Positions 10,880-22,300 of a stretch of 64,000 bases of DNA are shown piece after piece (positions within the stretch are counted from its first letter, which is position 1; every line of letters starts with the position of its first letter). The notes below the pieces were generated by a model. The model did no database searches and had not been told where the DNA came from. It saw nothing but the letters and a program-made list of their open reading frames with translations. A program made the position numbers and the translations under genes. The DNA is from Trypanosoma brucei (taxonomy: Eukaryota): contig CM000207.1 in assembly GCA_000002445.1 (NCBI GenBank), forward strand, positions 608,001-672,000, written 5' to 3'.

Positions 10880-11123
10880 ATGGCTTTTAGAAGTTTTGAA
10901 TAGTAAGGAATGCCTTCTACTGCGAAGCGAGGCTGGCGCTGACGCCGGCGGCTGTAGCAAGAAAAGGAAAGAGAAAGCACAGCTCGAAAGCTCTTTTTTC
11001 TTGTGCGGGCCCAAATGTGTGTCATGTGATGCAACAGGGCTGGGGTTACGGGGACAAGTGCTATCCAAAATACAGTGGAATCACTTCAAATACCTGCCCA
11101 GCGCATACATCCACCCACACAAT

Positions 11124-11126
<3 letters not shown>

Positions 11127-11161
<35 letters not shown>

Positions 11162-11162
11162 T
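11127..11162. repeat. (TA)n microsatellite, about 17 units
   Basis: tgtatatatatatatatatatatatatatatacatatat, read directly from the sequence. Confidence 0.9.
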
Positions 11163-11778
11163 CGACTGCTACGTCCACAATCAACTTTTTTCTGTGAAAC
11201 AATCCAAAACGGTATAATAAGCAGCAGCAAAAGAAAAAGAATCGCGGGAAAGTTGCTGCGGACGAACCAAGCACCCAGCTAGATGGCCCCTCAGCCACGT
11301 GCCGGAAGAAGCGAGATGAGGAAATTTTGTGTTCATTAAGGAAGGATCCAATCCCGAATCTTCTCCTCGGTTCCTCACTTTTCAACGCAACACAGTCACG
11401 GTGTTAAGAAATCCTGACCACCCTCCTGTCTATCACGTTAAGAGGATTGAAAATGTTACAACGCCTTTCATTGTTTCGCTCAAACTATAGTTACCAACTG
11501 TTGGGTGAACGATTGTTACTCGCATCCCTGCTGCTCATTCACACCCAAGTCCTTTCGTGTAGACTCAGTGAAGCCAACCTGTGAAAAGGTGGGAAACAGT
11601 CCTTGAACGAGGCTCGCACGTGCAGTGAGAAAACACACTACTTATCATCTGGGGGTACGTAATGATGAGCCCAGTTGCTTCATCGTGCATATGTGCTCAG
11701 AAGATTATCGCAGCATTAGATGAAGCACTCCAATTTATTCACTCCCGCACTTCTCTCGCCCCCTCAGAAACCGTTTAC

Positions 11779-12327
11779 TCAGAAAGTTCCTGGACACCTT
11801 GAGTGTTCTCCTGTCGCAAGTGCGGCCACGTCCATGCCGATACTGCTTGGTCCGAACGGTTGCGGCAGCAACTCTGAAAGTCGAAAGAGCCTCGCGTGCT
11901 CCTGGTCAAAAGTAACAAGGACAACAAGAAAGTCGTTCATATTTCCCGATAAATCAGCAACTTCAGCGAGCAGCTGCCGGCAGAATCCACATGGAGGGAC
12001 TGTGGCATCAGCCGCTGCGGCAGCGGCAGTGGGTAGCACACTGCGGCCGTAAATAGCAACCGCTTGCGCGGTACGATACCCATCCATGTTAGCCTTCACA
12101 ATAGCACAAGCCTCGGCACATGTCCCCTTGTAAACACAAGTTTCGTAATTGCAACCCGAAGTAACCTTCCCGTCGTCGTGGAGGAGCGCAGCACCCACCG
12201 CAAAGTTAGAATATGGACAGTAACTTCGCTGGTGGGCACTAACTGCGGTGCGTCCAGCTTGCTGCAGCCCCTCTGGAAGTTGAGATAGTAGCTTCAAGCA
12301 ACCGGTCTTCAATGATGAGCATTGCAT
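11779..12327 (-). CDS. cytidine deaminase (zinc-dependent CDA family)
   Basis: Zinc ligand motifs CAEACAI (C/H-A-E-x-x-A-I) and PCGFCRQ (PCGxCRQ) are present. N-terminal Y..PYSNFAVGAALL matches the CDA substrate-binding segment. The first ATG is at 12327..12325 (MQCSSLK...); the track ORF start at 12366 is GTG. Confidence 0.8.
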   Translation of the reverse strand: MQCSSLKTGCLKLLSQLPEGLQQAGRTAVSAHQRSYCPYSNFAVGAALLHDDGKVTSGCNYETCVYKGTCAEACAIVKANMDGYRTAQAVAIYGRSVLPTAAAAAADATVPPCGFCRQLLAEVADLSGNMNDFLVVLVTFDQEHARLFRLSELLPQPFGPSSIGMDVAALATGEHSRCPGTF

Positions 12328-13015
12328 TGTGACGCGATGCTTCTCCCTATAGTAGTGTCTAAACACGTGGCCGTAACAAAATGGGGAAAAATAGGAAAAG
12401 ATTGCAATGTCGTTCGTTACCGTAACCCCCCCCCCCTGCCTTCGACAACGTTTTTACACACCAGAAAACAGAGAGTGCCATTGGCCGTGGCAAAGCGACA
12501 CCTTCTAGTGATTCGCACGCATATTCCCACACAGTTCTTATAAATGATGCCGCGACCATCTCCTAAAAAGCCCAAATACCCACCAGCCGCAGGGTTGAGT
12601 CGCGGCGACATTAAAAGGAAGATGAGCTTACACAGTGGTGCAGTTCCCCCATCAATTGTACATATGGAAAATACATCTGAAGTACGGGGGGAAATCGCAG
12701 CAAAAAACACAGATACCTTTACGCTTCTACATGTTCACAGGCAAAATAAGAACAAATACCGCGGTGTCTTCCCACAAACTTCGTCCAACCACACACGCAC
12801 ATCACATCAATGCGTCATCGGTGAAGATAACCCACTCCCCCCATAACCTTTCGCGTATTCGCGCACAACCAGCCTATTTGCGCCTCTGAGTGCCGGCTAA
12901 CAGATGTTACCACCGAAGGGAGGTACTCAATTCGCATATCCGATACCCTCGAGCTACAGAAAGACGTACTCGAGGGTGGTGTGTGACGAAATCACATGCA
13001 CTGCCGAGGCCCAGC

Positions 13016-13246
13016 CTATGATCCAGCGGCCGAAGTGGGCGCTTGGCCTCCTGAAGTGTTCTCAGCATTTCTCTCCCTCTGTTTCCGGGAGGCCCACAAG
13101 GCGAAATACTCGCATGCGTTCTCTGGCCGCTCTAAAATCACATCGGCAATGAGAAGTTCAAGCATTCCTCGTACATTGTGCGAGTGCAGGTACTCCTGGT
13201 CCCTCTGAATGCTACTGATGCTTCCCACACTGCTCTTAGAACTCAT
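13016..13246 (-). CDS. small Dpy-30/RIIa-motif protein (76 aa)
   Basis: True ATG at 13246..13244. QEYLHSHNVRGMLELLIADVILERPENACEYFALWASRKQ matches the Dpy-30 motif (...YL...V.P.L..GL..L...RP.DP.EFLA.YL). It is in sense orientation in the minus-strand cluster. Confidence 0.5.
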   Translation of the reverse strand: MSSKSSVGSISSIQRDQEYLHSHNVRGMLELLIADVILERPENACEYFALWASRKQRERNAENTSGGQAPTSAAGS

Positions 13247-13674
13247 CCCCCCAGCGAAATCCCCTGAAACTTTTTCTAATTGATGATGCCCTCGAGCACG
13301 CTACCTTTGCTCTTTCCCTACTGCTGCTGATAGTACGCTTCACATGACAGAAAAAAAAGGTAAGGTAGGTAAAGACACTCCTCAATAACAACACATTCGG
13401 CATGTCCGCACATAACTGCTTTCATCACGCTATGATTTTTTCCACCCCAATGGCAACTAGAACAACACAGGTCGCCAATAAATTGGTCAGCCTTTTATTC
13501 ACATAGAATTTCCCCGTAAAATATCGGTTGACACACAAGCGGACACACAACACCAGTCACCGACAGATTTCAGGGAGGTCACAACATAATGAAATCTAAA
13601 GCCAATAAAACACAGAAGAAACGTATCTCAGGTAATGTCGTGGCGTCCACCCCTTCAGGTTCCTGCCATCAGCT

Positions 13675-14805
13675 TTAGCGCTTTTTACCTATTGGTGGTA
13701 GTTTCCCCTCAGAAGTAGGCGGTGGAACGGGGGTGGGTTGTACTCCCGATTGCGTTCCGGGCATGTGCGAGGCGGCGAATTTGGGCTTTGCGGAATCCAG
13801 CATTGATTCGGGGAGTGGAGGGGGTGGGGGAATAGTTTTCCCGTACGATCGCACGTAGTAACCGAGGTCCTTATCAAAGGACACACCGCACGACGCACAC
13901 TTTTTGCTTGCTTTTGGTCCCTCAAAAATAGAGGTATTTCCGCGGCCGTGTTTACAGGACTTTACGATCTGCTCTTGCTCCTTCAAATGACGAACCATTT
14001 GCCTCTCATACTTCTGTCTCAACTTTCCTTCCACCCTCTCGCGCTCCTCACGCAGAATCACCTGCTCTGGACTATTATAGAAATTCTCGTAAGCTATTCG
14101 CTCCGCTTCCTCGCGCTCTTCCCGCTCTTTTCTCCACAACTCTTCCCACGCATCGCTCTCCTCTGCCACCACCCCGCGCCGGTACCGCACCTCAGTTCCC
14201 ATTACAAATGCGCATGCGGCACGGACGGTGTTTTCTTGCTCCCTCTTCCATTCCTCGAAAGCCCGCAAGTACTCCCCATACGCGGCCTTCTCCTCTACCT
14301 CCCGCCGCCACTCTGCACGGCCTTCTTCGCGCAGGGCCTCCTCAAGGGCATATCGACGTTGATCCTCGATTGCCTCTCTGTCCTTCAGACGTTCAATAAA
14401 ATACAACAGCTCCCTTCCCCTCGCCAACTTCTTGCATTTCTCGACGTTACGCGTCGCTAGTGCTTCAAAAAAAAATAGTGCTTGCTCGACGAGGCGCTCA
14501 CGCGCGTCGGCCTCCATACGCTCTACATCCGACAACTCATCAGCCATTTTCATCCTTAAATACTCCCGCAACGCATCCTCCCTGATGGCACACAGCTCCT
14601 GTGGCTCAAACATGCGGCGAACCGCCAGGCCAGGATGTGAGGTCTTGAGTTTAGAATGGCTCCCCGACAACGAATGAACCGCAGCAGTGGACACCAGAAG
14701 CAGCGGAGCAGAGGCGACAAGGGTGACATCCGGGCCCGAAGGCACACCCACATTAGAGCGCACGACCACATTTTGCGAATCACGGCCAGGGGGAAAAACC
14801 GACAT
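13675..14805 (-). CDS. hypothetical Glu/Arg-rich coiled-coil protein with a Pro-rich C-terminus
   Basis: The track ORF (434 aa) starts with TTG. The first ATG is at 14805..14803 (MSVFPPGRDSQ...). There is an extended charged heptad-like region (EEALREEGRAEWRREVEEKAAYGEYLRAFEEWKREQ...). The C-terminus contains CASCGVSFDK and PPPPPLPE. Called on ORF length, orientation and composition only. Confidence 0.5.
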   Translation of the reverse strand: MSVFPPGRDSQNVVVRSNVGVPSGPDVTLVASAPLLLVSTAAVHSLSGSHSKLKTSHPGLAVRRMFEPQELCAIREDALREYLRMKMADELSDVERMEADARERLVEQALFFFEALATRNVEKCKKLARGRELLYFIERLKDREAIEDQRRYALEEALREEGRAEWRREVEEKAAYGEYLRAFEEWKREQENTVRAACAFVMGTEVRYRRGVVAEESDAWEELWRKEREEREEAERIAYENFYNSPEQVILREERERVEGKLRQKYERQMVRHLKEQEQIVKSCKHGRGNTSIFEGPKASKKCASCGVSFDKDLGYYVRSYGKTIPPPPPLPESMLDSAKPKFAASHMPGTQSGVQPTPVPPPTSEGKLPPIGKKR

Positions 14806-15741
14806 GAGGCACCTGCACCTCACTAGCTTTGGAAACGAAAAAAAACCGGGAAAAAAACGTGAAAGCAGCACCAGGAAAAGAAATGAGGGACCTACAAAAA
14901 AAACAGAACCAATGATGTACAAAGACGTCACAGGTCCTTCCCATTCAGCCAGCTGGGCAAATCGAGCACCTGGGTGCAATACAGTTCACCTGCTTCCAAT
15001 GCTGAAAAAATCGCACCAGCGCGCCCAGCCGTAAGGCTCAAAAATCCCTCCCTCTTTCCGGAAACCACGGGTGAAAACCAGCAACAACGTACTTTGTCCC
15101 ACAAATGAACTAAACCCCGGTCATTCATTCACAAATATACACAAAAGTGAATGAAGCGAAGCCTGCGAACACGCTACGCGTTTGCGCCATAGGCAACCGC
15201 ACATATTACGCATCAACCTTTCCTTCGTACCCAGTCGCTGCGCCAACTCAACATGAAGTGGCCCTGACATCGCTGTTTGGTGGGTGCGAAAAATTGGTGC
15301 TCAGCACCCACAACACAAATGAATGAGGGAACAATAAATAAAAATAAAAATGCACAATACGCGGCAGAACACCATACAGCACAGTCGGACGCAACATTTC
15401 CTCCACCAGAGTCAACGGCACTTCCTCGCATACACTCACCTTAGTGGGCATTAACCACAGTAAGAACAGCATAAAGAGAGGGGAAAGCAACGAGCAGATC
15501 CTCGATTCGAGTAAACACGAGAAGGGTGAAGAAGGGGTGAGCTCACCTGGGAGACATTGCATTAATACACTGCTAGCGAGAGGACGTGTCATCAGAGCAA
15601 CAAAATCAGTTGCTTATAAGTAAGAAGAGGAAAACACCCCCGGACGCGTCTCTGTATGGTTAGTGCCAAGTTTCTGACAGCATCCTGAGCAAATGACGAG
15701 GCAATATTGCGTGGCACAACTTTCCTACCAGCGCCGTGCCA

Positions 15742-17028
15742 TCAAACGATTTTGTCAATCGGCGGGGCGGAAGCCCGATCGCAGCGGAAAACCTCTATCA
15801 GGTCGTTCAACAGTTCCAACCTTCTCATCTGCGTGCCCCCTTCCAGGGTGTAGAGCCGAACACCATTTGAGATGAATGCATCCGACGAAAGAAGCCCTGC
15901 GGGGTCATTTCGCAAATAATCCTCCATCGTTCTGATGGTGCCACCCAACATGGTCGCTGGCGCCTTACCTCGCAACGCTTCATATGGCATCGTCACCACG
16001 TGGGAGGTTGTTGCGTTAACGAGGAGTTGATGAAAGGCATGCCGACAGAGCTCGGATAATGCAAGTGCATCGCAACCATCGGCAACGAATTTTAGTTGCC
16101 GGTTAGAAACCGTGGGCACATCAGTCGACATTAGTTGCGACGCACCCAGAGCGCAGTAGTACTCTCGACTCTTCGTCGCCACATCACAAAACACTTTCAT
16201 TGAGTCCTGAACCTTACCGTTAAACGACAACCATATGCCCGTGTTGAAATCTACAAGGCATTCGTGAAAGTTCTGCACACAAGGAGCAGCTTCACTAACG
16301 TTAATACTGGCAATACTTTGGTAAATGCTATTTGCAAAGGAAGCATTGCCACAAAATAAGGCCAGCGCTGCAAACTGGTGAAGGTGCAACATGCGCCGGA
16401 GCAGCGCGTAGGATCCCATGTCGTCGCCGTCGGCGTTTCCCTCCACCGCAATGAGTTCATTGTATATTCGAAGCGCTTCTGAATACTGTTCTACTTGATA
16501 GTGGCTCACAACCAATGCACGCTGCACTCGCTTGATGCGAGCTACCCAAACTGCAGATGCATATTTTCCCAGATTCTCTCTGCAATCCCGTAAGAGAGCG
16601 TAGAGTCGCTGCTGAGAATCCATCTTCGTGCCGATATACAACGGAATAATGGCGCTAATAAAGCGAAGGGAAAACGGAACAGTAGACTCACTCGTTTTCG
16701 GGTCAATATACCGCTCACTGTTCAGGTCACCTAAAGATTCTACCAGTTTCTTCGCCACGTTGTAGCGCTGCATGTGAAAATTCGCAGTTACCTGCACAAG
16801 AATGAACTGCAACCTCCTTGACAATCCCTCAGCCGTTTCTTCCGTTGCCGCAGCACTCAGTCGCTCTGCGAGCTCCGCAACGGCGCTCCAATTTCCGTCG
16901 GCAGCCAAACACCGCAGACCCGCCTCGTTATGAGGCACACTGTCCAAACCGCGGTCGCAGCGTACTGAGTCCTCCGCTACGGTGCCTAGGAATGACCGTG
17001 CGGACTGCAACGCTGACGGCTGTGGCAT
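15742..17028 (-). CDS. hypothetical protein, helical and possibly TPR-like (428 aa from the first ATG)
   Basis: The track ORF starts with TTG. The first ATG is at 17028..17026 (MPQPSALQSARSF...). Long ORF in the sense orientation of the cluster. No diagnostic motif. Confidence 0.5.
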   Translation of the reverse strand: MPQPSALQSARSFLGTVAEDSVRCDRGLDSVPHNEAGLRCLAADGNWSAVAELAERLSAAATEETAEGLSRRLQFILVQVTANFHMQRYNVAKKLVESLGDLNSERYIDPKTSESTVPFSLRFISAIIPLYIGTKMDSQQRLYALLRDCRENLGKYASAVWVARIKRVQRALVVSHYQVEQYSEALRIYNELIAVEGNADGDDMGSYALLRRMLHLHQFAALALFCGNASFANSIYQSIASINVSEAAPCVQNFHECLVDFNTGIWLSFNGKVQDSMKVFCDVATKSREYYCALGASQLMSTDVPTVSNRQLKFVADGCDALALSELCRHAFHQLLVNATTSHVVTMPYEALRGKAPATMLGGTIRTMEDYLRNDPAGLLSSDAFISNGVRLYTLEGGTQMRRLELLNDLIEVFRCDRASAPPIDKIV

Positions 17029-17621
17029 CCTGCACTTTTTCCACCACACCACTAATTGTCTCCCCTTCTTTGTTTTATCCCCTATTACCCTCCGGCACAA
17101 AGCTCTTCTGGAACGCTCTTTTGTACCGCCAGTGTTGTACAGTGCCAAGAAGTTGCCCCAGGGATAAAAATATATATATTTTTTTTACAAGAAGAGTTGA
17201 AGTTCATAGAATACCCAACAAGCTCAAAGGAGAGAGCCTGCCGCGGGAGACAGCGGAAATGCACAACCGAAAACAACATTGCTGACAACAAAAAACAAGG
17301 CGGGAAATATATTTAATTAGCAGTGCAGAGGACTCGAAAAATAAAAAAAATAACAATGGTGAAAGTGAAGCAAAGTAGGAAAGCACACGGACGAAAATAA
17401 CAAAACGAGAACAAACAAACGAAAAAAGAACTGTATGAAATAATGTGATAAAGTGAATGCAAAAAATTGAAAATAGGGCGGGCATATCTCGTGGATCTAA
17501 ACCGGGTAGCAGCTGAAAAGCACTAGTGAGGGCCAATCCTTCACCCAGAGCGTCTGAGCCTCATACTTGCTACCCAGTGCCCTGCCAAAAGCAGAAAACG
17601 AGCACGTGACTCCCCGAAGTT

Positions 17622-18827
17622 TCACCGCTGGCTGGATGCAACAGTACACTTCACAAACGCTCTTATATTGCTTGTTGGCGAGTAACAGTGCTCCACAACG
17701 GGCACCATGCTGTTGCCCTCGTCATCTCGTTCTGTAGGCCACTTTGAACCAAATTTTAAGAGAAGCTTCAGAAACTCAACAACACTCCTCTTCCGTAAGC
17801 CAAGTACACACCACATTGCGGGAGTGCGTCCCGCATTGTCCTTGTCGTCCACGTGTTGATGGAGCCCGTAGTGCTGGAAGAAATCCAATAGCAGTTCCTT
17901 GCAGCCAAGGCGTGCCGCGTGATGGAGTGCAGTGGCTCCGTGGCTGTCAGGGCGCCACACAACCTTCTTGCCCAAGGTGTGAACAAGTAGCTGCAGGACG
18001 GCGGTGAATCCTGCTTCAGCGGCGGGGTAGAGGGCCTCAACAGCGACCTCATGTGATGCTAATCCGTGGAGTTGCATAAAATACCGAAGGGAATCCGCGT
18101 GTCCGTACAGGGCAGCACGCTGAACACAACGCACGGCGTTTTCCTCCGCAGGCCCCAACGCACAGAAAGGATGTGAAGTATCCAACCAATGCAAAACAGG
18201 AACTGAACCGTACACGAACGCCGTTTCGTACACACTGAGCGACTGCCCCAAAGGCTCAAGGTCCGGATGCGTGTGTTGTCCTAATATGGCGGCCGCTCCA
18301 AAGCGTCGCACCAGGGCAGCAATAAATTCAACATGACCCTTTTTTGCAGCAATATGCGAAAGGTAATTCCCTTCACCATCAGGCAGGGTGAAGGTGATTA
18401 TGTCCAACGGAACTTGTTCGAACGCACATGAGGGCCCTAGAGCATAATTCGTTACATGTACACCCCGAGGCAAAAGAATCCCACCTTCAGCCATACCAAG
18501 TAGAGGGATGCTTCCAAGTTCTGCTGCGAAGTGAGCCACCGTGTAGTTTTCCAACGCCCGGTAGCCTCCGGGAAGCTGTGCTTCACTAAGTTTTTTATTG
18601 AGCAACTGCACCTCATACAAGTGATAGCGTCCGGCGCACTGATTAGTCGCCGTTGCCGGTGTCACACCACCCTGCCCAGTAGTGGCGACTGCCTCAATGA
18701 GCAGAGAGCGCTCATACCATCGATGTAGCACGTCAGCAAAGCAAGAAGCTGAGTTATTTTGCAATGTCTCCTCGACGAAACTGCGGCACCGCTGTGGCTG
18801 GCAAAGTTGGACAATCGTACGTCTCAT
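17622..18827 (-). CDS. ankyrin-repeat protein (401 aa)
   Basis: True ATG at 18827..18825. There are several canonical ANK units, for example GATALHHAARLGCKELLLDFFQHYG, GNYLSHIAAKKGHVEFIAALVRRFG and GRTPAMWCVLG. Confidence 0.7.
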   Translation of the reverse strand: MRRTIVQLCQPQRCRSFVEETLQNNSASCFADVLHRWYERSLLIEAVATTGQGGVTPATATNQCAGRYHLYEVQLLNKKLSEAQLPGGYRALENYTVAHFAAELGSIPLLGMAEGGILLPRGVHVTNYALGPSCAFEQVPLDIITFTLPDGEGNYLSHIAAKKGHVEFIAALVRRFGAAAILGQHTHPDLEPLGQSLSVYETAFVYGSVPVLHWLDTSHPFCALGPAEENAVRCVQRAALYGHADSLRYFMQLHGLASHEVAVEALYPAAEAGFTAVLQLLVHTLGKKVVWRPDSHGATALHHAARLGCKELLLDFFQHYGLHQHVDDKDNAGRTPAMWCVLGLRKRSVVEFLKLLLKFGSKWPTERDDEGNSMVPVVEHCYSPTSNIRAFVKCTVASSQR

Positions 18828-19366
18828 ATCCCAAAGCTACGAGAACCCCATCCTTTGAAACCCACGGGTCACACAGAAAGAGAGGACGAGGAATTGTAAA
18901 TGAAGAAGAGTGCGGGGGAAAAAAACGACAGTCAAATGGTGAGCGACAACACAAGACCATGGCAATCAATGATCATGAAAAAAAAAATATGGTGGCAACA
19001 ACTGAAATCATACCCACCACCCCCGACACACACACACACACTGCAACGTTAACTTGGCCATGTCGTATAAAGAGCCTCCCATCGCAGAATGAGAACCCCC
19101 AACCACAACGAGTTCAACAGCATGATGTCTACACTGATGCGTGCTGAACGCAGCGTACACGCAAAGCGTTCCACGGCGTAGTCACTTCACCAAACAACTA
19201 AAGATAAACATTACCGATTACATACTACGAACGAACAAGAAGAAATGTACCGTCAGAGAGAAAAAACTAAATGTAAAAGTGAAACAAAAATGGAACATTA
19301 AAAAAAAAAGCAACAGTTTCTGTACGTTCGCGGCTACACATTAGCACCAACCATGAGTACGTTTGC

Positions 19367-22300
19367 CTACGAATGGGGTTGTGTGGTGATGGTAAGCGAA
19401 CTCACATACTGCTTCTCCCTGCTAAATATATCAGGTAGTGACTCCACCTCAGCACTGCAACTGCTACTGAATAGGCGGTGCAACAGAAGGTCAGCCGCAG
19501 TCGCTCTCCCTTCAGGTTGGAGGCAGAAACACATGCGTAAGAAATCACAGAGGACAGGGTTGCTTGTAAGTCCATCTACGTAGTAATCAACATCTGTCAT
19601 ATCTGCTAGCATGTGGGGAGTCTCCATAAATAAGGGTGGGCAGTCAAAGAGCTCAGCTGCTACACAACCAACTGACCAAATATCGCATGGGCTGCAGTGA
19701 TCCTCACCACGGTACACCTCAGGCGCCATGTACCGCAACGTGCCCTGTACGTCCTCGCTTCCAACCCCTTGGCGGGCCGTTCCAAAATCAGTGATTTTCA
19801 CAACGTCGCCCTTTATCAGAATATTCTGCGGCTTCACATCACGGTGTGCCACCCCACGCGCGTGCAAATAGGTCAGTGCTGTGAGCAGCTGCCGAAGGAC
19901 CTTGATAACCGTCAGGTCTGGTGGCTTCTGACTTCGGCCGTATATGATGTCGCCCAGTGAACAACAACAAAGCTCCATGAAGAGGTTCACACTGTTTTCT
20001 TTCCGCTCACAGTGAAAGTAGTGAACAATATTTGGGTGATTCAGGCTACACATTATCTTAATTTCATTAAGTAAGGCGTTAATAGACTCCTCTAAGTCCT
20101 CCGTAAAGTAAAACATCTTCACTGCCATCTTCCCCCCTGTCAAATCACTGGTGGCCTCATATACGGCACCGAAAGAACCTCGACCAAGCAGCACACCTTT
20201 CGTCCACGGTGAGTCTTGCCTCAGTGTCAGAATACGTTCTCGCTCCTCCTGCGCGGTAGCTGCATTCTTCCGCAGTGACACTGCAGTGCCGATCGCCATC
20301 AATACCTTACGGACTTCAGTACTCGATATGGGGGTGTTTATAACGTACTGAAACCCCTCTAACGCAAGGCGTACACCCGGTTCAGAGATGGGGACAACAA
20401 TAATATCGTAACTGAGGGAATGTACTAAATCCTGCACCGAGTTTAGCCATCCACGATCGCATACAATCACATCGATATCACTTGGTGATGACTGCAAGCG
20501 CTTCTCTAACTCGCATCGCTCCCGGACACTTGTCAGAGAAACAAACATCGTCCTGAGCAGGATCATAGAAATATTGTGTTGGTCCACAAGGTTTGTTATC
20601 AGCGTCAGCACATTCACAGTGCAATTCACGATGGCACGGGTTTGATCGATAACGTAGCGTTCATTCAGTGCGTCAGCTGGTCGGAAGGTTGCGTCATCAA
20701 TGTCCTCCAGTGCGGCTGTGATTTGGCAAGGAAATCGGAATACAACGGTGCCGTCGTCCTCGCGAATACTTCCACAGGTACTGCGCAAGTGGGGCAGCAA
20801 TTTCTCGCGTAACTCGCTTATCTGGGCTGTGCTTGGCGCTGCCTGGGCAACAGGAGTTGCGACAATCTGTAGAGCAAAGGTATTCCTGGAAGAGTTCAAA
20901 ATCTGCAACCTCAAATGGCATGGGACACGCAGACTATTCAGCAACGTGGCGACAGCTTCCGGGATACATGGATGGAGACAAAGCGTGCCGGGAAACAGCG
21001 AATCAACGCTCGTCTTGTGATCAAGTGGAGACAAGCGGAGCATCTGCCCCAGAAGCTGTTCTGAAGATGTCCACTCCCATTCTGCTAGCATCCCTCGCGC
21101 CAACTCCTCCACTTGCTTCCCGTACCCATATTCCAAGAATGACTGAAGAGGACCAATAACGGACAATCCTCTTGGCGTAACGGCTTTTCCTTCTAAGATC
21201 TCAGATAACGATAAGTTTACTTCCGACACCACGTAGTCGCGAATGTAGGTGCGGTACTCCCCCAAATTGTCCTTTGCATTAGCACAAATAAGAATCCTCC
21301 CAATTAAGGACCCCTCCTGGTTCAATATGGGGACAGCGACAGTGAACAATGTGACGGGAACTGTGGCAAAGGCACGCAGCTTCAGTTTGAGTACCTCACC
21401 TGAAAACACCTGGAGAGGTGCTAAGTCTCGCTCAATGTCCCCTGTTGGGGTTATAACCAAGTCGGAGAGCGGTTTTCCGACACATCCAGACTCGAGAAAC
21501 CCTGTCACAACCTCGGCGGCCATGTTCCACCGGGTTATACGGTATTTGTCATCGAAGCCAATCATCACGACCTGGGCGTCAACGTGCTTTCCTTCAATGT
21601 AACCCAATGCGTTGCCGTAGGGGATTGTGTAGTAGCCGTTCTTTGTATTATGTCCACGAGTAACCTGCGGAACCGCCGCCCCGGCCGACGGCCCCGTTGT
21701 ACTGAGGTCTCCTTCAGACGATGCGGAAGAAAGCAGCACGGTGTACATGCGCTCTTCAAGAATCCAGGTGTGGAGCACCTTCAGTGCCTTCGCCGATGTG
21801 ACAAAGAGGTAAAGGAATCCACAACTAACAACACTCACAAGGAGAAACGCAGTCAACCCTACCAGTAACCCCACGGTGGTTGAGGGTGACAGTGTCGGCA
21901 GCGTCACCAACACAACGAGGGTGAAGACAACGGAAGCCGCAAAAATCGCAATAACAAGTATAAATGCAACAGAGCTGTATGAAACTGCCTCCCTGAGTAG
22001 AACTGACATGAAAGGAAACTCAACATAAGCACATCGCATCCGCTGTGCGACCTCCTCTGCTAAACGCATCACCGGTACCCTCCAGTTCAATGATTGAGGG
22101 CCAACCACAACAATGTCACCCAAAAAAAGATGGCCCATTCGCTTAATCCGTTCATAAATTTCCCAGTCTATACTTCGTTTCTCATCGTTTGTACGGTAAG
22201 CGGAGGCAGGTACCCTGCACAGAACGCTGACTATAGTTTGAATACTGTGGTACGTAGCGAAGGCCTGCTTTGCCTCTTCACACTTGCCATCCGTGTACAC

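Noticed and set aside
10114-11034. 306-aa minus-strand ORF overlapping 10223..11068 in another frame
   Set aside because: Arg/Ser/Pro-rich and compositionally driven. Only one frame can be coding. Neither is strongly supported, and I kept the acidic frame at low confidence.
11600-11720. Possible C/D snoRNA on the minus strand, with GATGA-like and CTGA elements in a 400-bp gap
   Set aside because: Boxes are imperfect (no clean RUGAUGA). I cannot verify terminal stem or guide complementarity by eye. Needs snoRNA-specific scanning.
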